DNA of 62,610 bases, counting the filler, from Globobulimina sp. (taxonomy: Eukaryota), in the NCBI GenBank assembly GCA_003354225.1. It is 31 parts of 31 records of this genome, joined end to end, with 100 filler letters (N's around TTAATTAATTAA, not from the genome) between each part and the next. Parts side by side here need not be neighbours in the genome. Positions count along the whole stretch, not along the records: positions 1 to 1,924 come from PIVH01010543.1; positions 2,025 to 3,948 come from PIVH01010544.1; positions 4,049 to 5,972 come from PIVH01010545.1; positions 6,073 to 7,996 come from PIVH01010546.1; positions 8,097 to 10,020 come from PIVH01010547.1; positions 10,121 to 12,044 come from PIVH01010548.1; positions 12,145 to 14,068 come from PIVH01010549.1; 24 more parts are not named here. The stretch is one strand, 5' to 3'. The position numbers and the translations under genes are program-made. Shown here piece after piece: positions 1-12,145 of this stretch (its first letter is position 1; each line of letters opens with the position of its first letter). Under the pieces are notes generated by a model. The model searched no databases. It was not told where the DNA came from and worked only from the letters and a program-made list of their open reading frames with translations.

Positions 1-526
1 TTTATACGAAATTCTCTCGTAAAAATCATATTTAGGATCGCCAATCTAAAAGACAAGTGTAGACATTGGAGACATGAAATGTAACGGTCTCGAAAATCAC
101 TTAAATAATCTTATCATCACAAGAATATGAAAACATAGCAAGAAAACATGTAACGTAACATTGTAAAGATTTGATGATGAAAGAACATCGGAAACGGTTC
201 GCAATTTGAAGAATCTGCATGAAATCTACCGGAGTTTCACTCTTAACTGCAACTAAAAGTGCATCTATTGGCCCTCCTCCCAGTCAAAATCAGGGAAAGC
301 ATGCTTGCATGTGTTGCATTCATGGTTTGACAAATCCATATAAATCATCAACAATGAAATCGTCATAGCTTAGATCAATACAAAATGGCAGCTAGCCTGA
401 ACAAATCAAAAATACGGAAATCTAAACAGATGCATTAATCAATTATGATCAGCTGTATTTAACTCTCTATTTTTGCAAATTATGAATTTATTTTTGGATA
501 CACATTAACAAACTGTACGAGCTAGA

Positions 527-1891
527 ATGGCATTGTTGCACATCAGTTTCACTATCGAGTATCAAATAGTGTATATTGCTCTGCGTTGTTGCGTTTGCAT
601 TCTATTTTTGTATCTTTTATCGCTGATATTCGTTCGTATTTTCTGCAACAAAGAATCTGTATTTCCGAAACAAGAATATCCGATGCTGATCATGGCAACG
701 TGTTTGTGGATTTCAATTGCTCTCGGCTTAATCATTCAATTATTGTTTGCAACAAACTATATCATTCCTCAGTTGGATAGTATCGCAGACTTACATTGCT
801 CTATTTATGGAAAGTTTAAACTTTGTTTACTCTCACATTATGCGTTTTTGAATAGATTATTGTGGCTGCAAGCAATAAAGCAAGGATTTATCGATGTTTC
901 AAACAAACAGATATGGACAGCCAGAATTTTTTTAATTTTTATCACAATATTAAATTATTTTCACATTATATTAGAATGGAAAGTGAGTCATCGTTATTTA
1001 AAAGATTCAAAATCATTTTATGCTTGCATGGTAGATCAAACTTTTGCTGATAATAAATTAATGTTGGCAACCAGCGCTGTAAATACGCTATTTCTCGTTG
1101 CAATTTGCCTGACATTTTTGCGGAAATCATACAAACTCATGAAAGCAGTTCCAGAGAGGATGAAACTGAAGTATTTTCATGACCCAAAACAGAGAAACTT
1201 AATACACTCATTAGTGGAAATAAATATCAGACAATGCTTACTTATCACAAGTTTAGTGGTATTCTGTTTCCTAATACTGTTTATCAATTCAAGCTTTTTT
1301 AGAACACAAGCATCATTTGAGTTGTTATTTGGTGGGATTAGTTTTATGTGGTTTAGATTCGATTGGGGATATGATATCTATGGTTTTATTTATGGGAAAT
1401 TGCATCACTATCTTGTTCGGGTATGGAGCAATAAAATTAGGCGTTCATCAGAAGATGCCATGAAGAAGAAAGAAAAACATCAAAACAAATCAAGACCAAC
1501 AGATGCAGTGCAAAGGAAACAAGTACTGCATATCAGCCCAAGTTTAAGCAATACGAATTATACGATTACTATGTTCGATCCAACATTGACTTCATTGACA
1601 GTGTTTATTACTGATCCAACGTTCACATGTGAAGATATCGAGTTAATGAGCTATCCAAATTGGAATGTCAATCAGATTATGATTTGGATCTTGTCTTTGG
1701 AAAATGGAAGGTATGAGAAATATCGAAAACAGTTGGTCGATGGAATGTTGTTAGAAGGTGTGAATGGGAAAGATATTATTGACATAGTAGAATTTAATTT
1801 AGAGAGGTGGGGAATGAAAGATGCTAGTGATCGGAAAGATTTGTTGACACATATCAACTCATTATCTGCTACAGTGAGACCCAATGTTTGA
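527..1891 (+). CDS. Multi-pass (about 7 TM) membrane protein with C-terminal SAM-like domain
   Basis: Several hydrophobic stretches in the first ~290 aa; C-terminus WNVNQIMIWILSLENG...EGVNGKDI...LERWGMKDASDRKDLLTHINSL fits the SAM pattern. Confidence 0.65.
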   Translation: MALLHISFTIEYQIVYIALRCCVCILFLYLLSLIFVRIFCNKESVFPKQEYPMLIMATCLWISIALGLIIQLLFATNYIIPQLDSIADLHCSIYGKFKLCLLSHYAFLNRLLWLQAIKQGFIDVSNKQIWTARIFLIFITILNYFHIILEWKVSHRYLKDSKSFYACMVDQTFADNKLMLATSAVNTLFLVAICLTFLRKSYKLMKAVPERMKLKYFHDPKQRNLIHSLVEINIRQCLLITSLVVFCFLILFINSSFFRTQASFELLFGGISFMWFRFDWGYDIYGFIYGKLHHYLVRVWSNKIRRSSEDAMKKKEKHQNKSRPTDAVQRKQVLHISPSLSNTNYTITMFDPTLTSLTVFITDPTFTCEDIELMSYPNWNVNQIMIWILSLENGRYEKYRKQLVDGMLLEGVNGKDIIDIVEFNLERWGMKDASDRKDLLTHINSLSATVRPNV

Positions 1892-1924
1892 ATTGTTAAA
1901 TTTGTTTTCTTGTACAGTGATGTA

Positions 1925-2024
1925 NNNNNNNNNNNNNNNNNNNNNNNNNNNNNNNNNNNNNNNNNNNNTTAATTAATTAANNNNNNNNNNNNNNNNNNNN
2001 NNNNNNNNNNNNNNNNNNNNNNNN
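1925..2024. other. Artificial contig-joining linker (44 N + TTAATTAATTAA + 44 N); 30 copies about every 2.02 kb, the last at 60590-60689
   Basis: Identical spacer with six-frame stops recurs between unrelated sequences; contig lengths fall monotonically from 1924 to 1921 bp. Confidence 0.99.
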
Positions 2025-2025
2025 G

Positions 2026-2289
2026 CTTTCCAGATTATCCAAATCAAAACGTACAAATTTATTAAAACAAATCAAGAATTTAGATGTTGACAAAGATAAT
2101 TATATTTTTGTTGGATTAAATGGTGCAATATGGACACCAACAACACTCACAAAATTGGTGCGACAATTTATTAAATTCATAGTTGTTCCAAATCCGAAAG
2201 CATATCCAACGTATAGCATTCGCATTGGCTCAACTTCATTATGTTATTTGCAAGAAATTGATTTATTAAAGATGATAAGATATGTTTGA
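2026..2289 (+). mobile_element. C-terminal fragment of DIRS-type tyrosine recombinase (truncated; not in ORF track)
   Basis: Manual translation ...NYIFVGLNGAIWTPTTLTKLVRQFIKFIVVPNPKAYPTYSIRIGSTSLCYLQEIDLLKMIRYV* aligns with NYVFVGSNGAIWRPSKLT...KAFPPYSIRIGATSLCNQQGIDLLK in the YR at 45359-46435. Confidence 0.9.
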
Positions 2290-3112
2290 ACCATAACTTT
2301 CATATATTGTTTGCTGGCTGTTTTCTCAATGAATATAATCAGAGCACACGTGGTTTCCACGCACATTGTTATAAATCGAAGCAATGTGCTATGCTTTTGT
2401 GATGTGAGAGGCAACGAATCCAATATGCGCACGTTGTATAAACAAAAGGAATTTGATTTGTTCCGTCATCTTTAACGATTCTATCCATGTACGTCTTGTC
2501 TAATATTTCTTGAAAACATATTAGCAAACATCAATTGGCAATTTTTGCATTCTGTTGAATTATGGTATAGATTTATATTCGATGGCGTTTGTTTTGCGTT
2601 TTTGAAATGTTTCTGACACATTATATATCATTGCTTGCTCATGAGATGTGTTTTAATTTCACAACAATACTGAATACACAATCTACTTTGCCCGATGGCC
2701 ACAATTGGAGCCAGGTACATTGGCAATGGATGATACGTATTACAGTGATATACCACCACGTATTGTCATGGATTTCCAGCAACAAAGACCAGGAACAAGA
2801 AGGATATTACCATCGATCATTTGTGACTGAAAGCATTGCTAAAAGAGATAAAGAAAGCATTTCTTTGGGTTTCGGCTTTCATTTTTTTATTTAATAATTG
2901 AAAAACTCCTACTACAAAAAGTCCTAACAATGGTACTTAATTTCGCATTAATTTAAATACTGCGAAATAAAATATCAACGAAATTAAATACAGTGCGCAT
3001 GCGAAATAAAGTACATCTAAAGTATATTTGAAATAAAATAAACAGAGCAAATAAAATATAACATGTAAAACAATTAAATGTAGAATATTAATGAAGAAAC
3101 AATTGCTAAACA

Positions 3113-3946
3113 TCATGCTTTATAATGATATAAATTATTATTTTTTTTATCTCTCTCTAAATATTCATTTTCAATCAACGCTTCAATTCTTTTTTTGATT
3201 TGTTTCGGCACGGCATCAAATCTCAATTGTTTTAAACATTGCGCCATTAATTGTTGATGAAACAACTGCTTTCTTGCTTTCATCACACGGACAATACACG
3301 CATCTATCTGATATTGCCGATCTTTTTTGATTTTCTGTGTTGTTTTTGTGATTTCTTGTTTGGTTTCGATGATTTGGATTTGATTCACTTTAACTCTTCG
3401 CAATCTATTCTCGTATTTCCCATTCAATTTAAACTCCTCACCATCTCCACATTCCATTCCCTTTGTTTTCTTCAATAAAATATTTGCTTTCACCAAACTT
3501 AACATTGTTTTTTTTAACTCTTTCTCTGAAATACAAGTCTTATTTTTGATGCTCAAAAAATTTAATTTATTCTGATGGTTAAACAACAACAACACAGTGG
3601 CTTGAAATGCAGATAAAACCAATTCCTTCCTTCCTTTGGGGAAGTTTGCCGCCATGATACAATGCGATATGCTATGCGTCCACGACAACTTACGACCGCT
3701 ATTGATGCGAATATAAAAATTGGTATACGCGCGCAATTCGGCATTGATGGAGCGCGGCAATGTCATTGTGTCCGTATTATACGTCGGCCAGCATCCAGAG
3801 GTCAACACATTAAATTTAAATTCAATCTCTTTTTTGCGGTGTTTTTGACTGTCTCCATTATTGAACTTATCATTCAAATCAAGCGAAATATCGATATCTT
3901 TAAACACATTTTCTAAATTGCTCGCAACGGACTGCCCGCACTCTGT
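3113..3946 (-). CDS. CUL4: Cullin-4, C-terminal part (5' truncated)
   Basis: ECGQSVASNLENVFKD, VLTSGCWP, SGRKLSW, FPKGRKEL, neddylation domain DRQYQIDACIVRVMKARK...IKKRIEALIENEYLERD. Confidence 0.9.
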   Translation of the reverse strand, partial: TECGQSVASNLENVFKDIDISLDLNDKFNNGDSQKHRKKEIEFKFNVLTSGCWPTYNTDTMTLPRSINAELRAYTNFYIRINSGRKLSWTHSISHCIMAANFPKGRKELVLSAFQATVLLLFNHQNKLNFLSIKNKTCISEKELKKTMLSLVKANILLKKTKGMECGDGEEFKLNGKYENRLRRVKVNQIQIIETKQEITKTTQKIKKDRQYQIDACIVRVMKARKQLFHQQLMAQCLKQLRFDAVPKQIKKRIEALIENEYLERDKKNNNLYHYKA

Positions 3947-4049
3947 GCNNNNNNNNNNNNNNNNNNNNNNNNNNNNNNNNNNNNNNNNNNNNTTAATTAA
4001 TTAANNNNNNNNNNNNNNNNNNNNNNNNNNNNNNNNNNNNNNNNNNNNA

Positions 4050-4993
4050 ATCACCGCAATAGCTGATCTTTACAGTCAAATAATTGATAACAAACGTAAC
4101 GTTGCGTTGGTAATGTTTTATTATGAACATGGCTCTGCAAACAAAGTGAGACGAAATCCGCATTTCGAAACAATGCAACTTGGCCGCGATAGTTATGTCT
4201 ATAAATTAATGCATGATATGTCCAATGTATTGCAAGTGCTGTGGCAAAGTGATTTTATTGATCGTGATGTGCGATTATCAAATATTATGATTGCTGGCGA
4301 TCCAAGTTCTTGGACAAACACATCATTCGTAAAAATAGATTATGGAATGGTTGTGGATCAGGACCTAGCTAGGAATCAATTGGCTGATTATTATGGAAGC
4401 GTTCATTTTTGTTACGACGGCAGTCATGTTAAGTGTTAATATATTGCTTCACCTCGTTTCTTGCATTGAATTATAAATTAATGTGAATTATAAAGGCATC
4501 GCCAATTGATGCGAGGATTATGTATGGCAAAACATATCGGAAAGTGTATACAAATGAAGAAAAATGTACGAGACAACTTGAACAAATTTATGCAGCACGA
4601 ATTTTAGCGGATAATCTGGAATCAGTGGATGTTATAGATTTAGTAGGAGCAGCTTTAGATTTTTATAACAAACTGACGATTTTTGCTGACGGTCAGATAA
4701 ATTTAGTCTTTCTTGGAAGCGATTATTCTGAAACAAAGCGAAGGTCGATAATTGAGCATAATTGGAAGGTATTGAATCAAGAATATAATTTTGCAAAGTA
4801 CTCAAATCCAAAAATTTCACCTAAAAACATTAAGGAATTGATTGTTAAAGTTTATTGGTTGGCGTTTGCACAGTTACCAGAACATAACACCACTGAATAT
4901 GATGCGAATGATTATCTCAATTGGAACACAATTAAAAAATGGTTGTATTATATTTGGGAAAATGACGCATTTCAACAAGCAACTTCGATTTAG
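4050..4993 (+). CDS. Protein kinase-like protein (partial; putative intron 4401-4495)
   Basis: Catalytic-loop-like FIDRDVRLSNIMI and KIDYG motifs; a phase-0 GT..AG intron joins ORFs 4107 and 4520. Confidence 0.7.
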
Positions 4994-5058
4994 ATAATTT
5001 ACTAGTAAAGTTTTTCAGTGGCTTTCATCTTTTCTCATTTTGAAGTTTGTTGTTGAAA

Positions 5059-5631
5059 ATGAAGTTGTTGTCACATAATCACTTGTTATGTTTGAATAAA
5101 TTTTGCAAGTCCAATGATGCGTTAATAATTGATCCAAAAAAAGTTACTCAAATTGAATCAGAGCCGAAATTATCATTTATGATACACATTTTATCAATGA
5201 TTGATTATAATGTTTTATTGATTGCAGCGCAACAGATTGGAATAAAAGATATTCCGTCAACATTACCATCCAAAGAAGTGATGGAATCATCAGAATCGTT
5301 TTTGCGTTCCATGCAAAAGGTATTATTAGACTCAAATATTGTGGAAGGAAGATTGATTTGTTCGAAATGCAAAACATCATATTCCATTGCAAATGGTGTC
5401 GTCGATATGATGCACCCACAAATATCTCAAGAGCACGAGCACGACAATGAAGAAAAGCAAAATGAGAGCAATGAATATGAAGAAGATATTGATATGAACA
5501 ATTTATTAAATGAGGCGGATCAAAATCAAAATCAGGATGAGGATTTGCAACAAAATCAAAATGACATAAATAATAATAATGATAACCAGATTGATGATGC
5601 AACAAATCAAGGCATAATTGATGTCGATTGA
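5059..5631 (+). CDS. TRM112: Trm112 methyltransferase activator with acidic/Asn-rich tail
   Basis: MKLLSHNHL N-terminus and IVEGRLICSKCKTSYSIANGVVDMM. Confidence 0.88.
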   Translation: MKLLSHNHLLCLNKFCKSNDALIIDPKKVTQIESEPKLSFMIHILSMIDYNVLLIAAQQIGIKDIPSTLPSKEVMESSESFLRSMQKVLLDSNIVEGRLICSKCKTSYSIANGVVDMMHPQISQEHEHDNEEKQNESNEYEEDIDMNNLLNEADQNQNQDEDLQQNQNDINNNNDNQIDDATNQGIIDVD

Positions 5632-6397
5632 GAACTTGTTTTTTGCTGTTTTTAGAGCAGCCTTTTTTGTTCGGAATTAAAAAAATTGTTTTGTTTCTAA
5701 CTGACCATTGAATTAATAAAATGATAATTTCAAGTGCAAGGATTTTAGCAAATAATGACCTAAACTGAACCATGTCGTCCTGCAACGAAGAAAGAGTTAG
5801 TTTGTTGCACGAGAATAGTGAGAGTGATACAGACTCAATGAGTGGAATACTTATTGTAAGTTGGGATTGTTATTTACAAAATTGTGTGGATGATTTTTTA
5901 ATTGAGCAACAATGCAAACATCAAAACGAAAATAAATTCAGCGAACTATCACAAATTAGAATGTGTCATTTGNNNNNNNNNNNNNNNNNNNNNNNNNNNN
6001 NNNNNNNNNNNNNNNNTTAATTAATTAANNNNNNNNNNNNNNNNNNNNNNNNNNNNNNNNNNNNNNNNNNNNTTGCAGAAAATGGCAAAAAAAATTACTC
6101 ATTGTGACATTTGTTTTTGTGTTGTATATTTCTTTTAAGATTGTTTATAATAAGATGCAAAGCTTTATTTTTGTTGGCGCTTTTTTCATGATTTCCCTTT
6201 GTAATTAAAAGATTTTGAACAAATGTACTTTACTAAACAAAGCATGTGCGCAATAAAACACTGTCATTACGAAGCTGTATACTGAGTGCATATGGCAAGC
6301 ATATGGTAATTATGAGTGATTTTGAGTTTGATGTTGAGTTATGGATAATTCTAAAATACAAAAAAATATAACAATTTTTTCCTGTTTGTGTCATACA

Positions 6398-7585
6398 ATG
6401 TCGAAATCGATGAAAGAAACAAGAACAATGTTCAAAAAAATGACAACTAACACCAGCAAATCAAAAGAAAAAGAAAGACATCAATTTTTAGTTTCTGGGC
6501 ATAAATTTGTTGTAGACAAACATTACCAGCCTCATAAAGCAGTGGGTTCAGGCGCATACGGTGTGGTTTGTTCGACAGTGGATGACCGTTATAATCGTAA
6601 AGTAGCAATCAAAAAATGTACAAATGCATTTGAAGATATCATTGATGGGAAACGAATATTGCGAGAAATTAAACTATTACAACATTTTGACCATGAGAAT
6701 GTCTGCGCATTGGTTGATATGATACCACCAACAGATCCAAAAAAATTCAATGATGTATATATGGTATTAAATTATATGGAATCGGATTTACATAAAATCA
6801 TATATTCGCGAAATAAATTAACTGATGAACATTATCAATATTTCATTTATCAGATTTTCAGAGGTTTAAAATATATCCATTCGTGCAATGTGATCCATCG
6901 CGACTTAAAGCCAAGCAATATACTGGTGAATGGCAACTGTGATTTAAAGATTTGTGATTTTGGATTAGCGCGCGGTTTAGATTGGAATCAAGAATTAACA
7001 GAATATGTTGTAACGCGTTGGTATCGAGCACCAGAAATTATGTGTTCTCATCAAGATTATAATGAAAAAATTGATATCTGGTCAGTTGGTACAATTTTAG
7101 CTGAAATGATATGTAAAAAACCATTATTTGCGGGCGATCATTATATACATCAATTAAACTTAATTTTTGAATTTCTTGGTACACCGAAAACATCTGAAGA
7201 TTTACAGTGTGTTTCTAATGCCAAAGCACTGAAATATATACAAAAATTATCAAACAGAACACCGAAATCATTTGAGCAATATTTTGGTGTAGAACATGGT
7301 GCAACAGCCACAGCAATTGATTTATTAAAAAAATGTTTGAAATTTAATCCAAATAAAAGAATATCAGTTGATGAAGCATTAAAACATCCATATTTTAAAG
7401 CGTTACATAACGAAGAAAAAGAGGTTTCGTGTGATAGGAAGATGGGGTTTCAATGGGAAGCAAAATGTAAAGATAGAAAAGGTTTAAAAGAACAAATGTT
7501 GAAAGCTTGTGTCGAAGTTAGACAGAAATCGGAAAGTAAATGGGCAGACCATCAAAAACAAAAACAACATGAAAAAGAACAATAA
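6398..7585 (+). CDS. Mitogen-activated protein kinase, TEY type
   Basis: GSGAYGVV, VAIKK, HRDLKPSN, DFGLAR, TEYVVTRWYRAPE; start Met uncertain (6341 or 6398). Confidence 0.95.
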   Translation: MSKSMKETRTMFKKMTTNTSKSKEKERHQFLVSGHKFVVDKHYQPHKAVGSGAYGVVCSTVDDRYNRKVAIKKCTNAFEDIIDGKRILREIKLLQHFDHENVCALVDMIPPTDPKKFNDVYMVLNYMESDLHKIIYSRNKLTDEHYQYFIYQIFRGLKYIHSCNVIHRDLKPSNILVNGNCDLKICDFGLARGLDWNQELTEYVVTRWYRAPEIMCSHQDYNEKIDIWSVGTILAEMICKKPLFAGDHYIHQLNLIFEFLGTPKTSEDLQCVSNAKALKYIQKLSNRTPKSFEQYFGVEHGATATAIDLLKKCLKFNPNKRISVDEALKHPYFKALHNEEKEVSCDRKMGFQWEAKCKDRKGLKEQMLKACVEVRQKSESKWADHQKQKQHEKEQ

Positions 7586-8096
7586 TTATGTACGTGTCAC
7601 TTGTTTGTTTTTTCGTTTACACCATTTACTTTATATAATATGTATATATTTTTCCGTCAATTGTTCCGCACAGACCTCGCTGTGTATGCTTCTGTTGCAT
7701 TTATGCGTTAAGTTTGGCTTTGAATTTCTTGTTCAGTTTCAAAAATCTTCGATCATGGTGTTTAATCTGCACTTATCAATCAGATTAATTATGGAAACTA
7801 TGAAACTGTAAATCTTTGACAAGTAATGTCCGAATGCAAAATTAGTGATAAATACTAAATGAAATATCAAATATATTTGCTTGATGTTAACAATGTGGTG
7901 GCAAAAAATACATTTTGCTATCTGTTGATTTGGCCATTTGTCAAGGTGTTGGTTTATTCATTGATAATGATATTGTTTCATGCTTTTGATAATGACNNNN
8001 NNNNNNNNNNNNNNNNNNNNNNNNNNNNNNNNNNNNNNNNTTAATTAATTAANNNNNNNNNNNNNNNNNNNNNNNNNNNNNNNNNNNNNNNNNNNN

Positions 8097-9933
8097 AATC
8101 ACAATTTTGTTATTCAACACATATTGCTCCAATGCCATGACACATTGCTTGGTATTCCATATCTGATATTCCTTCGGTATGACCAACACTTTTTTTTTCT
8201 CATTCAACACCGATTCTAATTCATTCATTTTATTATTATACTCTTCAACGCATTTGATTCGCCTTTCAATTTTCTCGCGATACAAATACGTTTTATTCGA
8301 TACCATTTCCAGCTTATTTTCATGCGAATTTATGGTGCTTAACACCTTCAAAATTGATTGCATTTTGCACTGTAAATCTTGTTTTTTTTTGCTTAACAAA
8401 TTAATTTTCTTCATCAACTTTGTAATTTCTGCACTGACTCGATTTAGATCATTCGATATCGTCCAACATTCGTTTTTAATGTCGTTTTTGTTCGATTTGG
8501 ATTTGAAAATATCCATTGCCATCGCATCCATTTCAGTTTCTAATCGCATTGATTCTGCGTCCAACACACCAGCAATGCCTGAATACTCTGCAAAGGATAA
8601 CGTCTGAGACCGTATCCCTTGATAAATATACTCAAAATCTGCCACATTTTGCAACATTAACACGCAGGGTACCATTGACTCAAATTTATACGTCTGATAT
8701 TTCAAATAATTGTCATGCAAAACCAGCTGCTCCTCGGCAGTTAAAATTGCTTTGCTGTTTCTTTTTATATTGACATTTTTATCCTGATTCAGCATCATTT
8801 TCACTGCACAAATACAACACAAATCACGTCCGACATTCTCGTGTTGCGATAGTTGGATATTGGGACAGTGATAATATTCCATACCCAACTTAGACACAAA
8901 AGCCTCACATTTATAACATTTTAGATGTATTTCATTCACGGCGCATTTGGTATGCACCATATTGCTGCCACACACACATTTTAATATGGCATATGGGCGG
9001 GAATCAGTGTGCTGCGACGGAGCATTTATCAGTTCTGAGTCTATAGCAGTGGCCGTGTTATGTGTAATGTATTTGTAATATGCATCGTTTGCATGCCGTT
9101 TCTGTAGTATTTGCATGATTTTGTCATCCATGTTATGTATGTTTTGGCTCAGTGACTGTATGGAATGCTTATATTCGTGCTTTTTTTTGGTGGTAGGCGT
9201 GATTAATAATGTCGTAGTGATGGAGTCGTTGGTGGGATCACTATATTTCCGCACCATTTTGTTCATCAAACCCAAGTTATTGAGGTTGAAATTTGCTTTT
9301 TTCAGTTTGGGAGTGTTTAGGTCGAGCGGCGGTGGTAACGGCAAGGGATTATTATGATAGAATTCATTCAAATTATTGGAGCTTATGGAGGAAAGAGAGG
9401 GTGCCGGCGACGGTGAAGTGGATAAATTGAAGTCGTCATCGTAATGGATGCGAATGAGTGGCGGACCTAATTTCGGCTTCATACTGCTGTTGATTTGAAT
9501 ATCGATGGGTAATAAAGCTTTTTTTTTATGATTGGTGTAAATATCAAATATTTCTGTTTTTTTTTTGCTGAATTTGTCGCTTTGGATTGGTGGATTTGGT
9601 GCAGACTGACTCGAATTGGAAACGAAACGATTGATGTCATTGATGTCGTTTTGAGAGAATACTGCACCTTTTGCAGTGTAACAAACTGCGCATTTGTTGC
9701 AGGACCAAGAATTTTGCGTTTTGCAGGAATTGCATTCCCAGTCTGTTCCGTATGGGTTGTGGTTGTGGTTGTTGTTACGAGCTGGTTTGTTATATTATAA
9801 TTATAAAGAGTTGTTTTTTTGTTGTGGAGTGTATATGTGTACCTGTACTACACACTGCACATTGGGATGAACTTGTGACGTTCACATAGGTGCATGTTGT
9901 GCAGGGCCAGGTTGATTCTATTGAGAGGGCCAT
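8097..9933 (-). CDS. Protein with two RanBP2-type zinc fingers, Cys-rich region and coiled coil (3' truncated; intron 9782-9842)
   Basis: ATG at 9933 gives MALSIESTWPCTTCTYVNVTSSSQCAVC; after the intron WECNSCKTQNSWSCNKCAVC runs in frame into the 9482 ORF. Confidence 0.75.
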
Positions 9934-10120
9934 GATTTCAACATAAAAATTTGTAAATGTGTCAAAAACAACAATTTCAGTCTACCTTCCTTACACAAAA
10001 CATTGCAACCACAGCCACGANNNNNNNNNNNNNNNNNNNNNNNNNNNNNNNNNNNNNNNNNNNNTTAATTAATTAANNNNNNNNNNNNNNNNNNNNNNNN
10101 NNNNNNNNNNNNNNNNNNNN

Positions 10121-11866
10121 AATAATTTATTTTATCATCTAACATATGAAGGAGCCGTTTCTTTGGATGAAATGGAGGATGAAATATTAAAACGTGCCAT
10201 GAAAGAACAAATTGCGAATTTTGGTCAAACCCCAATTCAATTATTCCATAAACCACACATTGAGAGAGACCCACAAATAAATATTGTACCATATGCTTGG
10301 AAGATTGGTAATAAATATCAAAAAATACCCTGTTTACATGAAGTAATTGTCAACAAACAAACCGCCATTCAAAAATTATTAATATTAAATACGAATAAAC
10401 ATAAGGATTATGACTATAATGTATTAGTTACAATATCTATATCGGGCTGTCCTTTGGGTCACACATTGTATGTCGAGCATAGCCACAGCGGCAAGGCTGA
10501 TATCTCCGCATTCAAAATAAAAATACCATCCGTTATTCGCGACCTCTATACGTATCGGACCCCACCACCACAATACGACACCCCTTCATTTGTGCTATTT
10601 GAACATTCGCATATCTCAAAGTACCATCCGTCCTCACTAACAAAGGCAAGTTGTGCCTGTATTGCCTATAATAATAATATTGTTTATGTCGGCAATAACT
10701 GGGACTCTTCACTCCGAGTCTATAGGTTGCAGTATACAACAAATACAAATGAGACCAATGACCATCAAAAGAAAGGCAATTCGAAGAAAAAACCACATTT
10801 AGGACAGATTAAATGGAGATTAATTCAATCATTTATTTCGCACAAATCTCGAATATCGTGTATTGACACAGATGGAATGCATCTGGCCTCCGGTTCTGAT
10901 GATTGCACCGTTGTTATTTGGCAAATAAATAACAAAAATAAACATAAAAATATGGATTATTTTACATTCGACTTATTAGTAAATAGCAGTAATAATAATA
11001 GCAACAATAACAATGATAATAATAATAAGGACGATGTATTGTTAAATGACAATAATAATAATATTGGATTAATATCAAATTCAAAATGTGTGCTACGAGG
11101 ACACCAATCCGCAATCGTAGCCATTGCATTAAATTCTGAATTAGATATTTGTGTTTCTTGTTCGTCGCAAGGACTGATATTAATCCATACTGTGCAGCAT
11201 GGCGAATACAGACATTCCTTATATTTATCTGCAGATATTTGTGGTCGCGGCACCTTATTAAATAATTTACAATTTAAACATATTCCGGATGGAGGCCGAC
11301 AATATCCGTCGCAAGTAAGGAGAGAAAAGGTTGAGCCTCATCCCGATGTCAAATATAATCCATTTGATGTTACTTCATCGCATGATATCAATGAGAATGG
11401 CTCTGATATGGACTTAAGTGATGATGATGATGATGATGATGATGATATACATAATAATATCATCATCAATAACTGGGGTGAACGCTGTCCGATTGATATA
11501 GTGTGCATATCACCCAATGGTGTTATTGTATTTTTGTCAAAAACGTGTAATATGATATTTTCGTGTAATATAAATGGAATGAATTGGAATTCATTGAAAG
11601 TGACAGATAATTTAACCTCAATTGATATTGATAAGTCTGGCAAATTATTATTAACTGCGGGACAATGTGGCATTGCTAAAATCCGTCTCATTCATAAGTT
11701 ATCTCGAAATGTATATAAATTTATGCCGGTTGGTGATAGTATAACAATCGCAAAGTTTGACCATAAAAACAATCGAGTTTATATTTGCACAGAATCTGGT
11801 AACCTGCATCTCTTTGCCTTGCCACATTTGACAAGAATTAGATCTATAATTGACACAATCACGTGA
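10121..11866 (+). CDS. BEACH-WD40 protein, C-terminal part
   Basis: BEACH end LTYEGAV...QIANFGQTPIQLFHKPH followed by WD40 repeats (HLASGSDDCTVVIW, LRGHQSAIVAIALNSELDICVS). Confidence 0.9.
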   Translation, partial: NNLFYHLTYEGAVSLDEMEDEILKRAMKEQIANFGQTPIQLFHKPHIERDPQINIVPYAWKIGNKYQKIPCLHEVIVNKQTAIQKLLILNTNKHKDYDYNVLVTISISGCPLGHTLYVEHSHSGKADISAFKIKIPSVIRDLYTYRTPPPQYDTPSFVLFEHSHISKYHPSSLTKASCACIAYNNNIVYVGNNWDSSLRVYRLQYTTNTNETNDHQKKGNSKKKPHLGQIKWRLIQSFISHKSRISCIDTDGMHLASGSDDCTVVIWQINNKNKHKNMDYFTFDLLVNSSNNNSNNNNDNNNKDDVLLNDNNNNIGLISNSKCVLRGHQSAIVAIALNSELDICVSCSSQGLILIHTVQHGEYRHSLYLSADICGRGTLLNNLQFKHIPDGGRQYPSQVRREKVEPHPDVKYNPFDVTSSHDINENGSDMDLSDDDDDDDDDIHNNIIINNWGERCPIDIVCISPNGVIVFLSKTCNMIFSCNINGMNWNSLKVTDNLTSIDIDKSGKLLLTAGQCGIAKIRLIHKLSRNVYKFMPVGDSITIAKFDHKNNRVYICTESGNLHLFALPHLTRIRSIIDTIT

Positions 11867-12145
11867 CAATCTATATTGATATAGTAATTCTTTTATTGTT
11901 TTGAGATTTTGTTTTAATTGTTCGACGCGACAAGTTCCGATATTTTGTTTTAATGCGACTGGATTAAGCAGCTGTCTGTAGTGACGTAAGTCAACTATGC
12001 TTACGGTGCGCGTATGAAAATCGAAGATGTATAAAGTTTTGAAGNNNNNNNNNNNNNNNNNNNNNNNNNNNNNNNNNNNNNNNNNNNNTTAATTAATTAA
12101 NNNNNNNNNNNNNNNNNNNNNNNNNNNNNNNNNNNNNNNNNNNNT

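Noticed and set aside
10985-11446. AAT and GAT trinucleotide runs (also 41233-41285)
   Set aside because: Ordinary poly-Asn and poly-Asp coding tracts of an AT-rich protist.
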